A stretch of 64,000 bases of DNA from Candidatus Deferrimicrobiaceae bacterium (lineage in GTDB: Bacteria > Desulfobacterota > Deferrimicrobia > Deferrimicrobiales > Deferrimicrobiaceae). The DNA lies in contig CAWBVY010000001.1 of the NCBI GenBank assembly GCA_963792415.1, forward strand, positions 320,001 to 384,000, written 5' to 3'. Position 1 is the first letter of the stretch; each line of letters begins with the position of its first letter. Of the stretch, positions 18,672 through 27,825 are shown one piece after another. The position numbers were made by a program, and so were the translations under genes. The notes beneath the pieces were generated by a model. The model saw only the letters and a program-made list of their open reading frames with translations. It had not been told where the DNA came from and searched no databases.

Positions 18672-20492
18672 CTATTCCACCGTGGCCGTCAGGCCAGTAG
18701 GCGGGTTGATATACGCCAGGGACGACATGACGTCGATCACCTTGCCGGTAGTGGTCTTCCCGGCGAGGGCGGCCACCGCCCGACCACGCTGCTTGATGGA
18801 GTTGACGACATCGGAGTAGGTATATTGCGGGTTGCGTGCACGCAGCATCGTTGCAAGCCCGGCGACCTCGGGCGAGGCCATCGACGTTCCGCTGATCGTG
18901 TTGTAGCTCGTCGCATTGAGGGTCATCGTATCGATACGAACCCCCGTAATTGCCACGCCGAGATCCGTAAGGGAAGAATTGGATTTCAACTGAAACCCGA
19001 TGCTGCAGTTTGCACTGATGCAATCCGCTATATCCTCTGTCAGCGTGAGCAAATACGGGTATGTCGCTATCCCCGTGAAGCTATAGGGGATTATTCCAAC
19101 GTCAAACGGATCTCCACCCCCGCTAGAATAACCGATCCGGAAGTAGTCGCCGCTGCTGACATCGATTGCGAAACTTGCCTTCAGCAGTGCTACGTCGACA
19201 CCTGCAAGGTTAAACGATTTGTATCCCCGATCGTCCGTGTTGTCGTTGTATTGGCCGGTGGGATACGTCCCTGGATCGACCAGAAACGGGGTGGGAATCC
19301 CATCCACTGAAAGGGATTTATAGGCCCAGCCACCGCTCGTGGTGGTACTGACCGTCCACCCCGACGTCAGGCTGTCCGTAATCAAACCTTCCGTTCCTGC
19401 CCACGCGCTCAGGATATTCGTGCCCGGCGCGCCGACGTCCACGCTCGTCGATCCGTAATTGGAGAAGTAGGCGAGTTGATAGAACTGATCCAGGGCGGCG
19501 ACGCAGATGAGATTGGGTTGAGGGAAATTACACGGATAGGTCGGCGTGGTTACGTTGTCGTTATTCGACCCATCGTTGCCTGCGGAGACAACCACTACGA
19601 CATCACTGGTTTGCGCATTCGTGATGGTATCGCTATAAGCATTGTCAAAGGCACCACCTCCGATGCTCATATTGATCACCTTGGCCCCATTCGCGACCGC
19701 AAAATTCACACCCTGTATGATACTGGCTGTGGTGCCATGACCTGTTGCATCCAATACACGCACGGCCATGATGCTTGCCTTCCAACAGACCCCTGTAGTG
19801 CCCTTGGCGTTATTGCCCGCGGCTCCAATGATGCCCGCGACGTGTGTCCCGTGTCCGTGGAGATCCATCGGGTCGTTGTTGTTATTGACGTAATTGTAAC
19901 CATGGTTGGGGTAGGCCGATCCCCCGTTCCACATATTGCCCGCGAGTTCCTCCTGGTTGTAGTTGACCCCCGAATCTATAACCGCCGTTACAACGCTGCT
20001 GCAGTCGGTGACGTGATCCCAGGCCTTCTCGATGTTGATGTCGGCACCCGGCATTCCGAAATTGGGTATATACGTTCCGGTACTGACGACCTGTCCGGTG
20101 TTCTTGAACGCCCAGAGTTGGCCGTATTGCGTGTCGTTGGGAACAGCGGTCAAGTGGTAGATATAGTTGGGCTGGACATATTCGACATTCGGATCGTTCC
20201 GGTAGGCCGCAAGCGCCTGGTCCACCGTCTGGTTGGCGCCTACCTTGAGCTGCACCCATCCGGGTTGATTCAGGTTGGCCAGGACGGAATGACCTTGGGC
20301 CATCACGGTCGCTTTGCGAATGGACGTGGTGATCATCGGCTTGAATTTGACAAGCACCTCCCCCGCCACATATTTGGCCGCGGCAGGATGGACCTGGGTG
20401 TACAGGTCGGCGCCGATAGCGTTGGAAAGGGTAAGGACTGCGCTGGCGAGGACGACAATAAAGATCGCACACAACGGTGTTTTCGTCTTCAT
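18672..20492 (-). CDS. S8 family serine peptidase (subtilase)
   Basis: AVIDSG, HGTHVAG, SGTSMASP catalytic triad; signal peptide. Confidence 0.95.
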   Translation of the reverse strand: MKTKTPLCAIFIVVLASAVLTLSNAIGADLYTQVHPAAAKYVAGEVLVKFKPMITTSIRKATVMAQGHSVLANLNQPGWVQLKVGANQTVDQALAAYRNDPNVEYVQPNYIYHLTAVPNDTQYGQLWAFKNTGQVVSTGTYIPNFGMPGADINIEKAWDHVTDCSSVVTAVIDSGVNYNQEELAGNMWNGGSAYPNHGYNYVNNNNDPMDLHGHGTHVAGIIGAAGNNAKGTTGVCWKASIMAVRVLDATGHGTTASIIQGVNFAVANGAKVINMSIGGGAFDNAYSDTITNAQTSDVVVVVSAGNDGSNNDNVTTPTYPCNFPQPNLICVAALDQFYQLAYFSNYGSTSVDVGAPGTNILSAWAGTEGLITDSLTSGWTVSTTTSGGWAYKSLSVDGIPTPFLVDPGTYPTGQYNDNTDDRGYKSFNLAGVDVALLKASFAIDVSSGDYFRIGYSSGGGDPFDVGIIPYSFTGIATYPYLLTLTEDIADCISANCSIGFQLKSNSSLTDLGVAITGVRIDTMTLNATSYNTISGTSMASPEVAGLATMLRARNPQYTYSDVVNSIKQRGRAVAALAGKTTTGKVIDVMSSLAYINPPTGLTATVE

Positions 20493-20507
20493 GGGGTCAT
20501 CCTCTCG

Positions 20508-22082
20508 TTAAGGGACGTTGATGGTAATTGGTGCCGAGGGAGCGCTGAGACTGCCACCGCTGCCGCCTTGCGCATCCAACGCCGCGTAGGCCTTTACCGT
20601 TACCGTGTAGGTCCCTGCCTGCAAAGAGACCGTGGTAGAGGTCGGCGCCGTGGGACCGGACGTGTAGGGCACGTTGATCGCGGGCTGCCCGCTGATCAAA
20701 ACCTGGTAGCCGCCGCCCGTGCTGTTCACGCCGCTTTCACGGTTTGGCGCCCAGGACAGGACGACATCGCGGGTCGCTATCGCCGCCGGCGTGAAACTCG
20801 CGATGTTTCCTTTCGTTGTCCCGGAACCGTTGCTGGCGGCGACCCGGTAGTAATACGTGGTCCCCGTGGACAGTCCCGTTACCCCGGCATTGATTGGCTG
20901 GCTGGTGGATCCGGCCCCCATCGCCTGCGGCGATGTGCTGCCGGGAGAGGCAAGAGACGAATCCGTCCCGTACTCGAACCATGCACTCGTCGCCAGACCG
21001 TTGGGCGTTACGCTGCCGTTCAGGGTCGCAGTGGTCGCGCCGACCGATGTCGCAGCCAAGGTGGAAACTCCGGGGGCGGCGCCTGGGATGAAACTCGCGA
21101 TGTTTCCTTTCGTTGTCCCGGAACCGTTGCTGGCGGCGACCCGGTAGTAATACGTGGTCCCCGTGGACAGTCCCGTTACACCGGCATTGACCAACTGGCT
21201 GGTGGATCCGGCCCCCATCGCCTGCGGCGATGTGCTGCCGGGAGAGGCAAGAGACGAATCCGTCCCGTACTCGAACCATGCACTCGTCGCCAGGCCGTTG
21301 GGCGTTACGCTGCCGTTCAGGGTCGCAGTGGTCGCGCCGACCGATGTCGCAGCCAAGGTGGAAACTCCGGGGGCGGCGCCTGGGATGAAACTCGCGATGC
21401 TTCCTTTCGTTGTCCCGGAACCGTTGCTGGCGGCGACCCGATAGTAATACGTGGTCCCCGTGGACAGTCCCGTTACCCCGGCATTGATCGGCTGGCTGGT
21501 GGATCCGGCCCCCATCGCCTGCGGCGATGTGCTGCCGGGAGAGGCAAGAGACGGGTCCGTCCCGTACTCGAACCATGCACTCGTCGCCAGGCCGTTGGGC
21601 GTTACATTGCCGTTCAGGGTCGCAGTGGTCGCACCGACCGATGTCGCAGCCAAGGTGGAAACTGCGGGGGCGGCGCCGGGCGAGGAGGTTAAAAAACCGG
21701 CGATCGTGCTTTTCGTCGATCCCTTCGCGTTTCTACCGCACACTCTGTAGTAATAAGTCGTTCCACCTGTACATCCGCTGATCGACTGATTGACCGGCAC
21801 TGCGTTCAGCCCTTGCCCGATTGCCTGCTCGGGTGTGCTTGTGTTGGCAAGCAAGCCAGGATCGGTGCCATACTCAAACCACACCTGGGTATCCAGCCCG
21901 TTCGGGGTTACGATCCCGTTCAGTACGGCCCCGCTCTGGGTAATCGAGGTCGTCGCGGAAACCGATGCGATCGGAGTGCCGCCGCTTCCTTGCGGGGTAT
22001 CCCCACCCCCTCCACCCCCGCCTCCGCACCCACCGCAAACGACAAGAAAGCCCGCAACAAGCAGGCCGGCGATTCTTTTCAC
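20508..22082 (-). CDS. Fibronectin type III repeat lipoprotein
   Basis: GTG start after GGAGG; GC-GGGG lipoprotein N-terminus; repeated ATLNG.VTPNG...WFEYG...TTYYYRV. Confidence 0.8.
   Translation of the reverse strand: MKRIAGLLVAGFLVVCGGCGGGGGGGGDTPQGSGGTPIASVSATTSITQSGAVLNGIVTPNGLDTQVWFEYGTDPGLLANTSTPEQAIGQGLNAVPVNQSISGCTGGTTYYYRVCGRNAKGSTKSTIAGFLTSSPGAAPAVSTLAATSVGATTATLNGNVTPNGLATSAWFEYGTDPSLASPGSTSPQAMGAGSTSQPINAGVTGLSTGTTYYYRVAASNGSGTTKGSIASFIPGAAPGVSTLAATSVGATTATLNGSVTPNGLATSAWFEYGTDSSLASPGSTSPQAMGAGSTSQLVNAGVTGLSTGTTYYYRVAASNGSGTTKGNIASFIPGAAPGVSTLAATSVGATTATLNGSVTPNGLATSAWFEYGTDSSLASPGSTSPQAMGAGSTSQPINAGVTGLSTGTTYYYRVAASNGSGTTKGNIASFTPAAIATRDVVLSWAPNRESGVNSTGGGYQVLISGQPAINVPYTSGPTAPTSTTVSLQAGTYTVTVKAYAALDAQGGSGGSLSAPSAPITINVP
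20793..21680. repeat. Three near-identical 297-bp tandem repeats (FN3 domains)
   Basis: gaaactcgcgatg recurs at 20793, 21090, 21387. Confidence 0.9.
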
Positions 22083-22391
22083 AGATGCCTCCTTCCGGAG
22101 AATTCCAGATTCGCACACGTACGCGATGTACCACGCAATATGCATACCGACACCAAGGACATCTAATTCCTTGTAATATTTGTATTTATTACCAGGAATC
22201 CCTATCGCCACAACGCAAATTTGGTTATGTGAAATATATTTCCCAATTTTGCCAATGATTTACCTACCTCATCCTTCGATGCGTTCCCGGATGTTGACCT
22301 TCGGGGGGAATCGGAATAGGACCTGCCCCCAACGCCTTTGCATCTTATAATGAGTACCAGCGGGAAGCCGAACCGGGCGGGGGGCGCGGGA

Positions 22392-22559
22392 ATGATCTAT
22401 GCCCAGGGGATCGCCGAATATGCGTCCATTCTTTCCGCGATCGGTGGAGGGATCCTTGGAGGCATTTCCAGTCTTACCCATCTCGATGTCACATGGAATA
22501 TCCTTCTGATAGGCGGTGTCTTCGGTTTCCTGTTCTGGTACATCGTCTTCAAAATGTGA
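22392..22559 (+). CDS. Small membrane protein
   Basis: 55-aa hydrophobic ORF upstream of the PAP2 gene. Confidence 0.45.
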   Translation: MIYAQGIAEYASILSAIGGGILGGISSLTHLDVTWNILLIGGVFGFLFWYIVFKM

Positions 22560-22620
22560 GCGGGTGCCTCGTCGGCATCCTGTGGTTCGACGGACCGAAA
22601 GACTGCCGAAGGGGGCGGAA

Positions 22621-23277
22621 ATGGAACGCATGACCGCCCCGGGGAAACTCCGGCTCACAGCGGGCGGTTTCCTCCTGACCGCCAACCTCGTCGTCATCAG
22701 CTACGCGTTCCTGGACGAGCGGATCGCCCTGTGGATCTACCGGCTGCTCCGGTCCCATGGCCTGCTTTCCCTTTATACCTCCCGCATCCCCAGCCTTCTG
22801 CTCCCGGCGGTCCTGGTCCTGTCCGGGGTCATGTGGGTCCTGTACCTCCTGGAGGTGCGAAGGGGGGAGCGCGACGGCCGCTCGACGTTCTTTCTGCTGA
22901 CGGGTATCGCATTGCCCGCGACGTTCGTCGTGAAACTGGCGCTGAAGCACGTCTTCGGGCGGATGGGCCCCCGCGCCTGGCTGGGAAGCGCCGCGGATCC
23001 CTCCTTCCACTGGTTTCATGGAGGGGGGAACCTCACGGGTTTTCCGTCCGGACACATGGCGGTATTCACCGCCCTGGCGGCCGCCTGCTGGCTCTTCTTT
23101 CCGAAGGCTCGTCCCGCATGCGTCGCCGGAATCGCGGTCCTGGGGATCGCCCTGATCGCCACGGGACAGCATTTCCTGAGCGATGTGATCGCCGGAGGGT
23201 ACGTCGGCTGGGCGGTTCTCGTATGCACGGATCGCGGCCTGGCGATCCTGCGGGGTTTGCTCCAGAAGTCCCGATGA
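22621..23277 (+). CDS. PAP2 family membrane phosphatase
   Basis: KHVFGRMGP, FPSGH, HFLSDVIAG. Confidence 0.88.
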   Translation: MERMTAPGKLRLTAGGFLLTANLVVISYAFLDERIALWIYRLLRSHGLLSLYTSRIPSLLLPAVLVLSGVMWVLYLLEVRRGERDGRSTFFLLTGIALPATFVVKLALKHVFGRMGPRAWLGSAADPSFHWFHGGGNLTGFPSGHMAVFTALAAACWLFFPKARPACVAGIAVLGIALIATGQHFLSDVIAGGYVGWAVLVCTDRGLAILRGLLQKSR

Positions 23278-23313
23278 ATTCATCGGGACTTCTGGGGAAC
23301 GTCCCTGCTCCGC

Positions 23314-23497
23314 TCAATACCCGATCCGCCGCCTCGTCTTTGCCGGCGGTTCCATCAGCGCCCGGATGGCGTCGAACACCACCTTGAATTGCGCGTCATA
23401 CCAACGTACGGATTGGTTCGTCGACCGCCGCGCCCTGGCTTTGAGATCGCAATTTGCGATTTCAAAGCGGTGAATTCCTCCGCAGTCATCTGAAACA
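23314..23497 (-). pseudogene. ORF6N-domain gene, middle and C-terminal remnant
   Basis: FQMTAEEFTALKSQIAISKPGRGGRR then [19 protein letters not shown]...RRIGY*. Confidence 0.75.
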
Positions 23498-23529
23498 GGC
23501 AGGCATGTCCCTATCGAGCTACTCCAAGA

Positions 23530-23904
23530 TCAAACGGCAATGTCCAGATTGATCGAATCGTATGGGACGATCGGTTTAACCTTCCCCCGCGGCGTCTTCG
23601 TTTTCATGAGTTCGACCACACCCAATTGCTCAAGGATCGCAAGGTCGGCCGAAACGTTTTTCACGTCCCTCATGACAATCTTCGCCAACGCGTAAATCGA
23701 GTCCGGGTTCTTCGACCTGATCGCACGCAACAGGGCAAGTCTCTGGTCTGTCAGCGCCCGACGGAACGCTCGCAAGTCGGTGAAATACAACCCCTTCTTT
23801 GGAGTCACCTGCTCTCCCCGTTCAATCGCCTTGGCGGTTTCGACGAAATCTCCCAAGACTTCGTCTACGCTTCTGATCCCGATACTGAGTTTCTTGACCT
23901 TCAT
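23530..23904 (-). CDS. Winged-helix antitoxin-like regulator (HVO_A0114/MarR-like)
   Basis: LTDQRLALL...SIYALAK...RDVKNVSADL..LEQLG...KPIVPYD. Confidence 0.75.
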   Translation of the reverse strand: MKVKKLSIGIRSVDEVLGDFVETAKAIERGEQVTPKKGLYFTDLRAFRRALTDQRLALLRAIRSKNPDSIYALAKIVMRDVKNVSADLAILEQLGVVELMKTKTPRGKVKPIVPYDSINLDIAV

Positions 23905-24185
23905 CTTTCCCCCCTCCACTTGGCAACATCCGCCAAAAAGTCGCTCACCAACCGGTCAAGGGAGGTAAACCGATAAGGTTCCTCCCTATTCCCGTCGTGC
24001 CGATGATCGCCCCGCCGTTCCGCGTTATCGTAGCCGATGACGCGCCTCCCCTCTGCAATGTAAACCAGGGAGTACCTGTACCCGTGAGGTTTATCGGGAG
24101 ACGCCGGCACGCCCCACAACTTCACCTCGATCAACCCGCCGTCGGCGAATCGCAACCGCGTGTGGCGGATCAGGACGGCTTTTAT
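23901..24185 (-). CDS. DUF6516 (TumE-like) toxin; start codon uncertain
   Basis: KPHGYRYSL, GYDNAERRGDHRH; probable start ATA at 24185 or ATG at 24221. Confidence 0.75.
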   Translation of the reverse strand: MKAVLIRHTRLRFADGGLIEVKLWGVPASPDKPHGYRYSLVYIAEGRRVIGYDNAERRGDHRHDGNREEPYRFTSLDRLVSDFLADVAKWRGER

Positions 24186-24186
24186 A

Positions 24187-24205
24187 GGGGTGATATTATC
24201 ACCCC
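24187..24205. promoter_or_regulatory. Perfect 9-1-9 palindrome, probable TA operator
   Basis: ggggtgata-t-tatcacccc immediately upstream of toxin coding region. Confidence 0.65.
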
Positions 24206-24249
24206 CTTCCGAAATTTTCATCCCCAAGTCCTTTTCGGTGACCTTGGAA

Positions 24250-24325
24250 TATCGACCTCCAATACCACCCGTTTTCCCCGGATCGACAGGATCCGGTCTC
24301 CCACTCGTTCCATCGGTACGGTCAT
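24250..24325 (-). pseudogene. ORF6N-domain gene, N-terminal remnant
   Basis: [17 protein letters not shown], upstream region duplicated from 24913-24998. Confidence 0.75.
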
Positions 24326-24410
24326 CGATCTGTTCTCCCCGGGGAATTGGTTTCCATCCGGAGGAACGCATCTACCGTGCCGCCGGGGCCGGAAATGCGA
24401 ACGCCCCCGG

Positions 24411-24913
24411 TCAATACCCGATCCGCCGCCTCGGCTTTACCGGCGGTTCCATCAGCGCACGGATGGCGTCGAAGATCCCAGTGATACGAACATCATGCGC
24501 GGCATACTTCTTTTCGAGCGCATCCAATCGCCTGGCGAGTTCCCGGTCCGAAACATCGCCTCACGCATCCGGACGAACGCCCGCATAATGGCAACGTTGA
24601 CCTTTACCGCGCGGGGACTATTGAGAACCCCTGAGAGCATCGCAACTCCTTGTTCTGTGAAGGCCAGCGGGAGGGATCGGCGTCGTCCGCCCCAGCCGTT
24701 TGAAATCACAATCTGTGATTTCAAGTATGCCCCCTCCTCGGCCGTCAATCGGAACATGAAATCGCCGGGGAACCGCTCCGCGTTCCTCTTCACGGCCTGA
24801 TTGAGCGCCCCTGTCGTCACATCGTAAAGCACCGCCAGGTCGGCGTCCAACATCACCCGATGTCCCGCGGATGGTCAGGATCCGGTTGCCACTCGTTCCA
24901 TCGGTACGGTCAT
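24411..24913 (-). CDS. ORF6N domain protein (full length, apparent frameshifts)
   Basis: [47 protein letters not shown]. Confidence 0.85.
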
Positions 24914-25042
24914 CGGTCTGTTCTCCCCGTCGAAATGAATCCCGTCCGGAGGAGAGCATGTACCGTGCCGCCAGGGCCGGAAATGCGAACGCCCCCGGAA
25001 GGGGGCGTTCCTGCATGACGAGCGCGGGTCGACCGGGAGGGG

Positions 25043-25987
25043 TTACCCCGGAAGAACCCCCGGATGCGACCGGAAATATTCGATCGTGCGGACGAGACCG
25101 TCGCGCAGCGGGATCGTCGGCTCCCAGCGAAGCTTCGCCTTCGCCAGGGTGATGTCCGGGCAGCGGCGGACCGGGTCATCCTGCGGGAGCGGCTGGAAAA
25201 CGATCTCCGATTTCGAGCCGGTGAGCTCCTTGACCAGCGTTGCCAGCTGGAGGATCGTGAACTCCCCGGGGTTCCCCAGGTTCACCGGCCCGATCAGCTC
25301 GTCCTGGTCCATCATCGCGATCATCCCGGTGACGAGGTCGTCCACGTAGCAGAAGGAGCGCGTCTGGCTCCCCGTTCCGAACAGCGTGATCGGCTTCCCC
25401 TTCAGCGCCTGGACGATGAAGTTCGACACCACGCGGCCGTCGTTGGGGTGCATCCGCGGGCCGTACGTGTTGAAGATCCGGATCACGCGGATCTGCAGTT
25501 TGTGCTGGCGATGATAGTCGAAGAAGAGCGTCTCCGCGCACCGCTTCGCTTCGTCGTAGCAGGCCCGCGGGCCGATCGGGTTCACGTTCCCCCAGTACGA
25601 CTCCGTCTGCGGGTGCTGCGCCGGGTCGCCGTACACCTCGGAGGTGGAGGATTGGAGGATGCGCACCTTGAGGCGCTTGGCGAGCCCGAGCATGTTGATC
25701 GAGCCGTGCACGCAGGTCTTCGTCGTCTGCACCGGGTCGAACTGGTAATGGACGGGGGAGGCGGGGCAGGCGAGGTTGTAGATCTGGTCCACCTCGACGT
25801 AGAGCGGCCAGGTGATGTCGTGGCGCAGGAACTCGAACTGCGGGTTGCCGACGAGGTGGGCGATGTTCTGCCGGCGGGAGGTGAAGAAGTTGTCGACGCA
25901 CAGGACCTCGTCCCCCCGCGCCAGCAGCCGCTCGCACAGGTGCGATCCGATGAACCCGGCGCCGCCGGTGACCAGTACCCGTTTCAT
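25043..25987 (-). CDS. UDP-glucuronic acid decarboxylase (UDP-xylose synthase family)
   Basis: [36 protein letters not shown]. Confidence 0.93.
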   Translation of the reverse strand: MKRVLVTGGAGFIGSHLCERLLARGDEVLCVDNFFTSRRQNIAHLVGNPQFEFLRHDITWPLYVEVDQIYNLACPASPVHYQFDPVQTTKTCVHGSINMLGLAKRLKVRILQSSTSEVYGDPAQHPQTESYWGNVNPIGPRACYDEAKRCAETLFFDYHRQHKLQIRVIRIFNTYGPRMHPNDGRVVSNFIVQALKGKPITLFGTGSQTRSFCYVDDLVTGMIAMMDQDELIGPVNLGNPGEFTILQLATLVKELTGSKSEIVFQPLPQDDPVRRCPDITLAKAKLRWEPTIPLRDGLVRTIEYFRSHPGVLPG

Positions 25988-26056
25988 CGCTCCCCTCCCC
26001 GGTTCAGTGGTATTTCAGTATGCACCAGATGGCGCGAAGTTCCCGTCAAGGAGGCG

Positions 26057-26918
26057 TCAGGGGTCGAGATATCCCTTTTTTATATACTTCTCTCTCAGCG
26101 CCTCATTCCACGAGTATTTTTTCAGATTTTCCGTCTGCAATATGATTTCATCGGTGGTTGGATCCTGGTACACGGCGGCCTTGAGCACGAATCGCGGATC
26201 TCTATAGATATGATGATCCATAAGATAGGGGTATCTTGGATCGACCCTGTCCTTTGGATGCCCCAAAGGATGGCCTAAATATCTGCCAATATTGAATATT
26301 GGAAATGACTTGTAGGGATGCGGGAAATGGATGCCAGCGGCTGCATATGCTGCTATTGCAAGCTGTTGACATGAAAATTGATTCTGTTTATGAAACTATG
26401 TTAGGCAGACCAAATGCGTATGGCAACATTTTATATCTCCATCTTGACTGATCAAATTCTGAACCTACCTTTGATTTTGCAAAATCAACGATTATTTTCT
26501 TTGTTCCTCATCAATCCCTTCAAATTTCAAGTATTTCCATTCTGCGTCTCACTTCGGGATTTTCATTGGTAAATTTTCTTGGAGTTATATGCTGAATATG
26601 AACACCTTTCTCTATAGTTGAATGAATAATCCAATTGTTGATTCTTTTGTGATTTTTTCTCTTTCTACTAATATAATATATTCCTACATGCCAAGTAGTC
26701 AAATCATCCCTGTCAAATCCAAGCCATGGTCTCCATCCAGGATATCCTCCCAAATTCCTCTTCTCAAATATTTGCTTCTACATTATCCTTTGTCGGTTTT
26801 ATTATGATAACTAGTTATAAAAAATATAATATCTCCAGGTTCGGCAACAGGATAGGAACATTACAAATTTGAATAATATTTCGTTTATTTTTCTTTGTTT
26901 ACTTAAGTTATTGCTCAT
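26057..26918 (-). CDS. AT-rich permuted papain-like (YiiX/NlpC-P60) protein, frameshifted
   Basis: Joined frames give EPGDIIF...WHVGIY...FAKSKVG...FSCQQL (His before Cys). Confidence 0.55.
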
Positions 26919-26996
26919 ATTAGACACGATCCCCATATCCTTTTAAAAAATTAGCAATTCAACCTTGAAGAATAGGGTCTAAGCGCAAAGCTTCCC

Positions 26997-27387
26997 TTCG
27001 TCGTAGCAGGCCCGCAGACCGATCGGGTTCACGTTCCCCCAGTACGACTCCGTCTGCGGGTGCTGGGCCGGATCGCCGTACACCACGGATGTGGAGAATT
27101 GGAGGATGCGCACTCGAGGCCTTGGAGCCCGAGCATGTTGATGGAGCCGTGCACGCAGGTCTTCGTCGTCTGCACCGGGTCGAACTGGTAATGGACGGGG
27201 GAGGCGGGACACGCGAGGTTGTAGATCCGGTCGACCTCGACGTAGAGTGGCCAGGTGATGTCGTGGCGCATGAACTCGAACAGGGGGTTGCCGACCAGGT
27301 GGGCGATGTTCTGCCGGCGGGAGGTGAAGAAGTTGTCGACGCACAGGACCTCGTCCCCCCGCGCCAGCAGCCGCTCGCACAGGTGCG
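26997..27387 (-). pseudogene. Partial duplicate of the UDP-glucuronate decarboxylase 5' half
   Basis: Near-identical to 25549-25944; lacks first codons and C-terminus. Confidence 0.9.
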
Positions 27388-27696
27388 TGAGGATGATCCA
27401 ACGAGGTGTGTGTCCTTGGTGGTCAGGCGGTCACTCTTAATTTATCCCAGGCAAGTCGTGGTGGCGGAGGATGTTTTATATCAAGTTCCAATAATTAGTT
27501 GAGCAGTTCCGTCCCACCCTACCGAGGGATTTCATAAAATCGTTTAAGATTCTTTTATCCATCAACTCGAACAATCAAAACGGTACCAATTCAACAATTA
27601 TGGCACCGTCATCTATCGGCCCCAATATTTTTTTAGAGCAGCTCCGTCCCGCCTTGGCGGGATTACATAAATTTTTCAACGAAAAATTTATTCAGT

Positions 27697-27771
27697 CTTG
27701 AACCTTGAACCTTGTACCTTGAACCCTGAAGCTTTTACCTTTCACCTTTGAGCTTCCCAGCTTCCAGGCTT
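27697..27771. repeat. Degenerate heptamer tandem repeat
   Basis: cttgaac cttgaac cttgtac cttgaac cctgaag cttttac ctttcac ctttgag. Confidence 0.75.
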
Positions 27772-27825
27772 AGTTTTTTAGAGCAGCTCCGCTGCGTTTC
27801 ATAAATTTTTCCCGGGAAAAATTTA

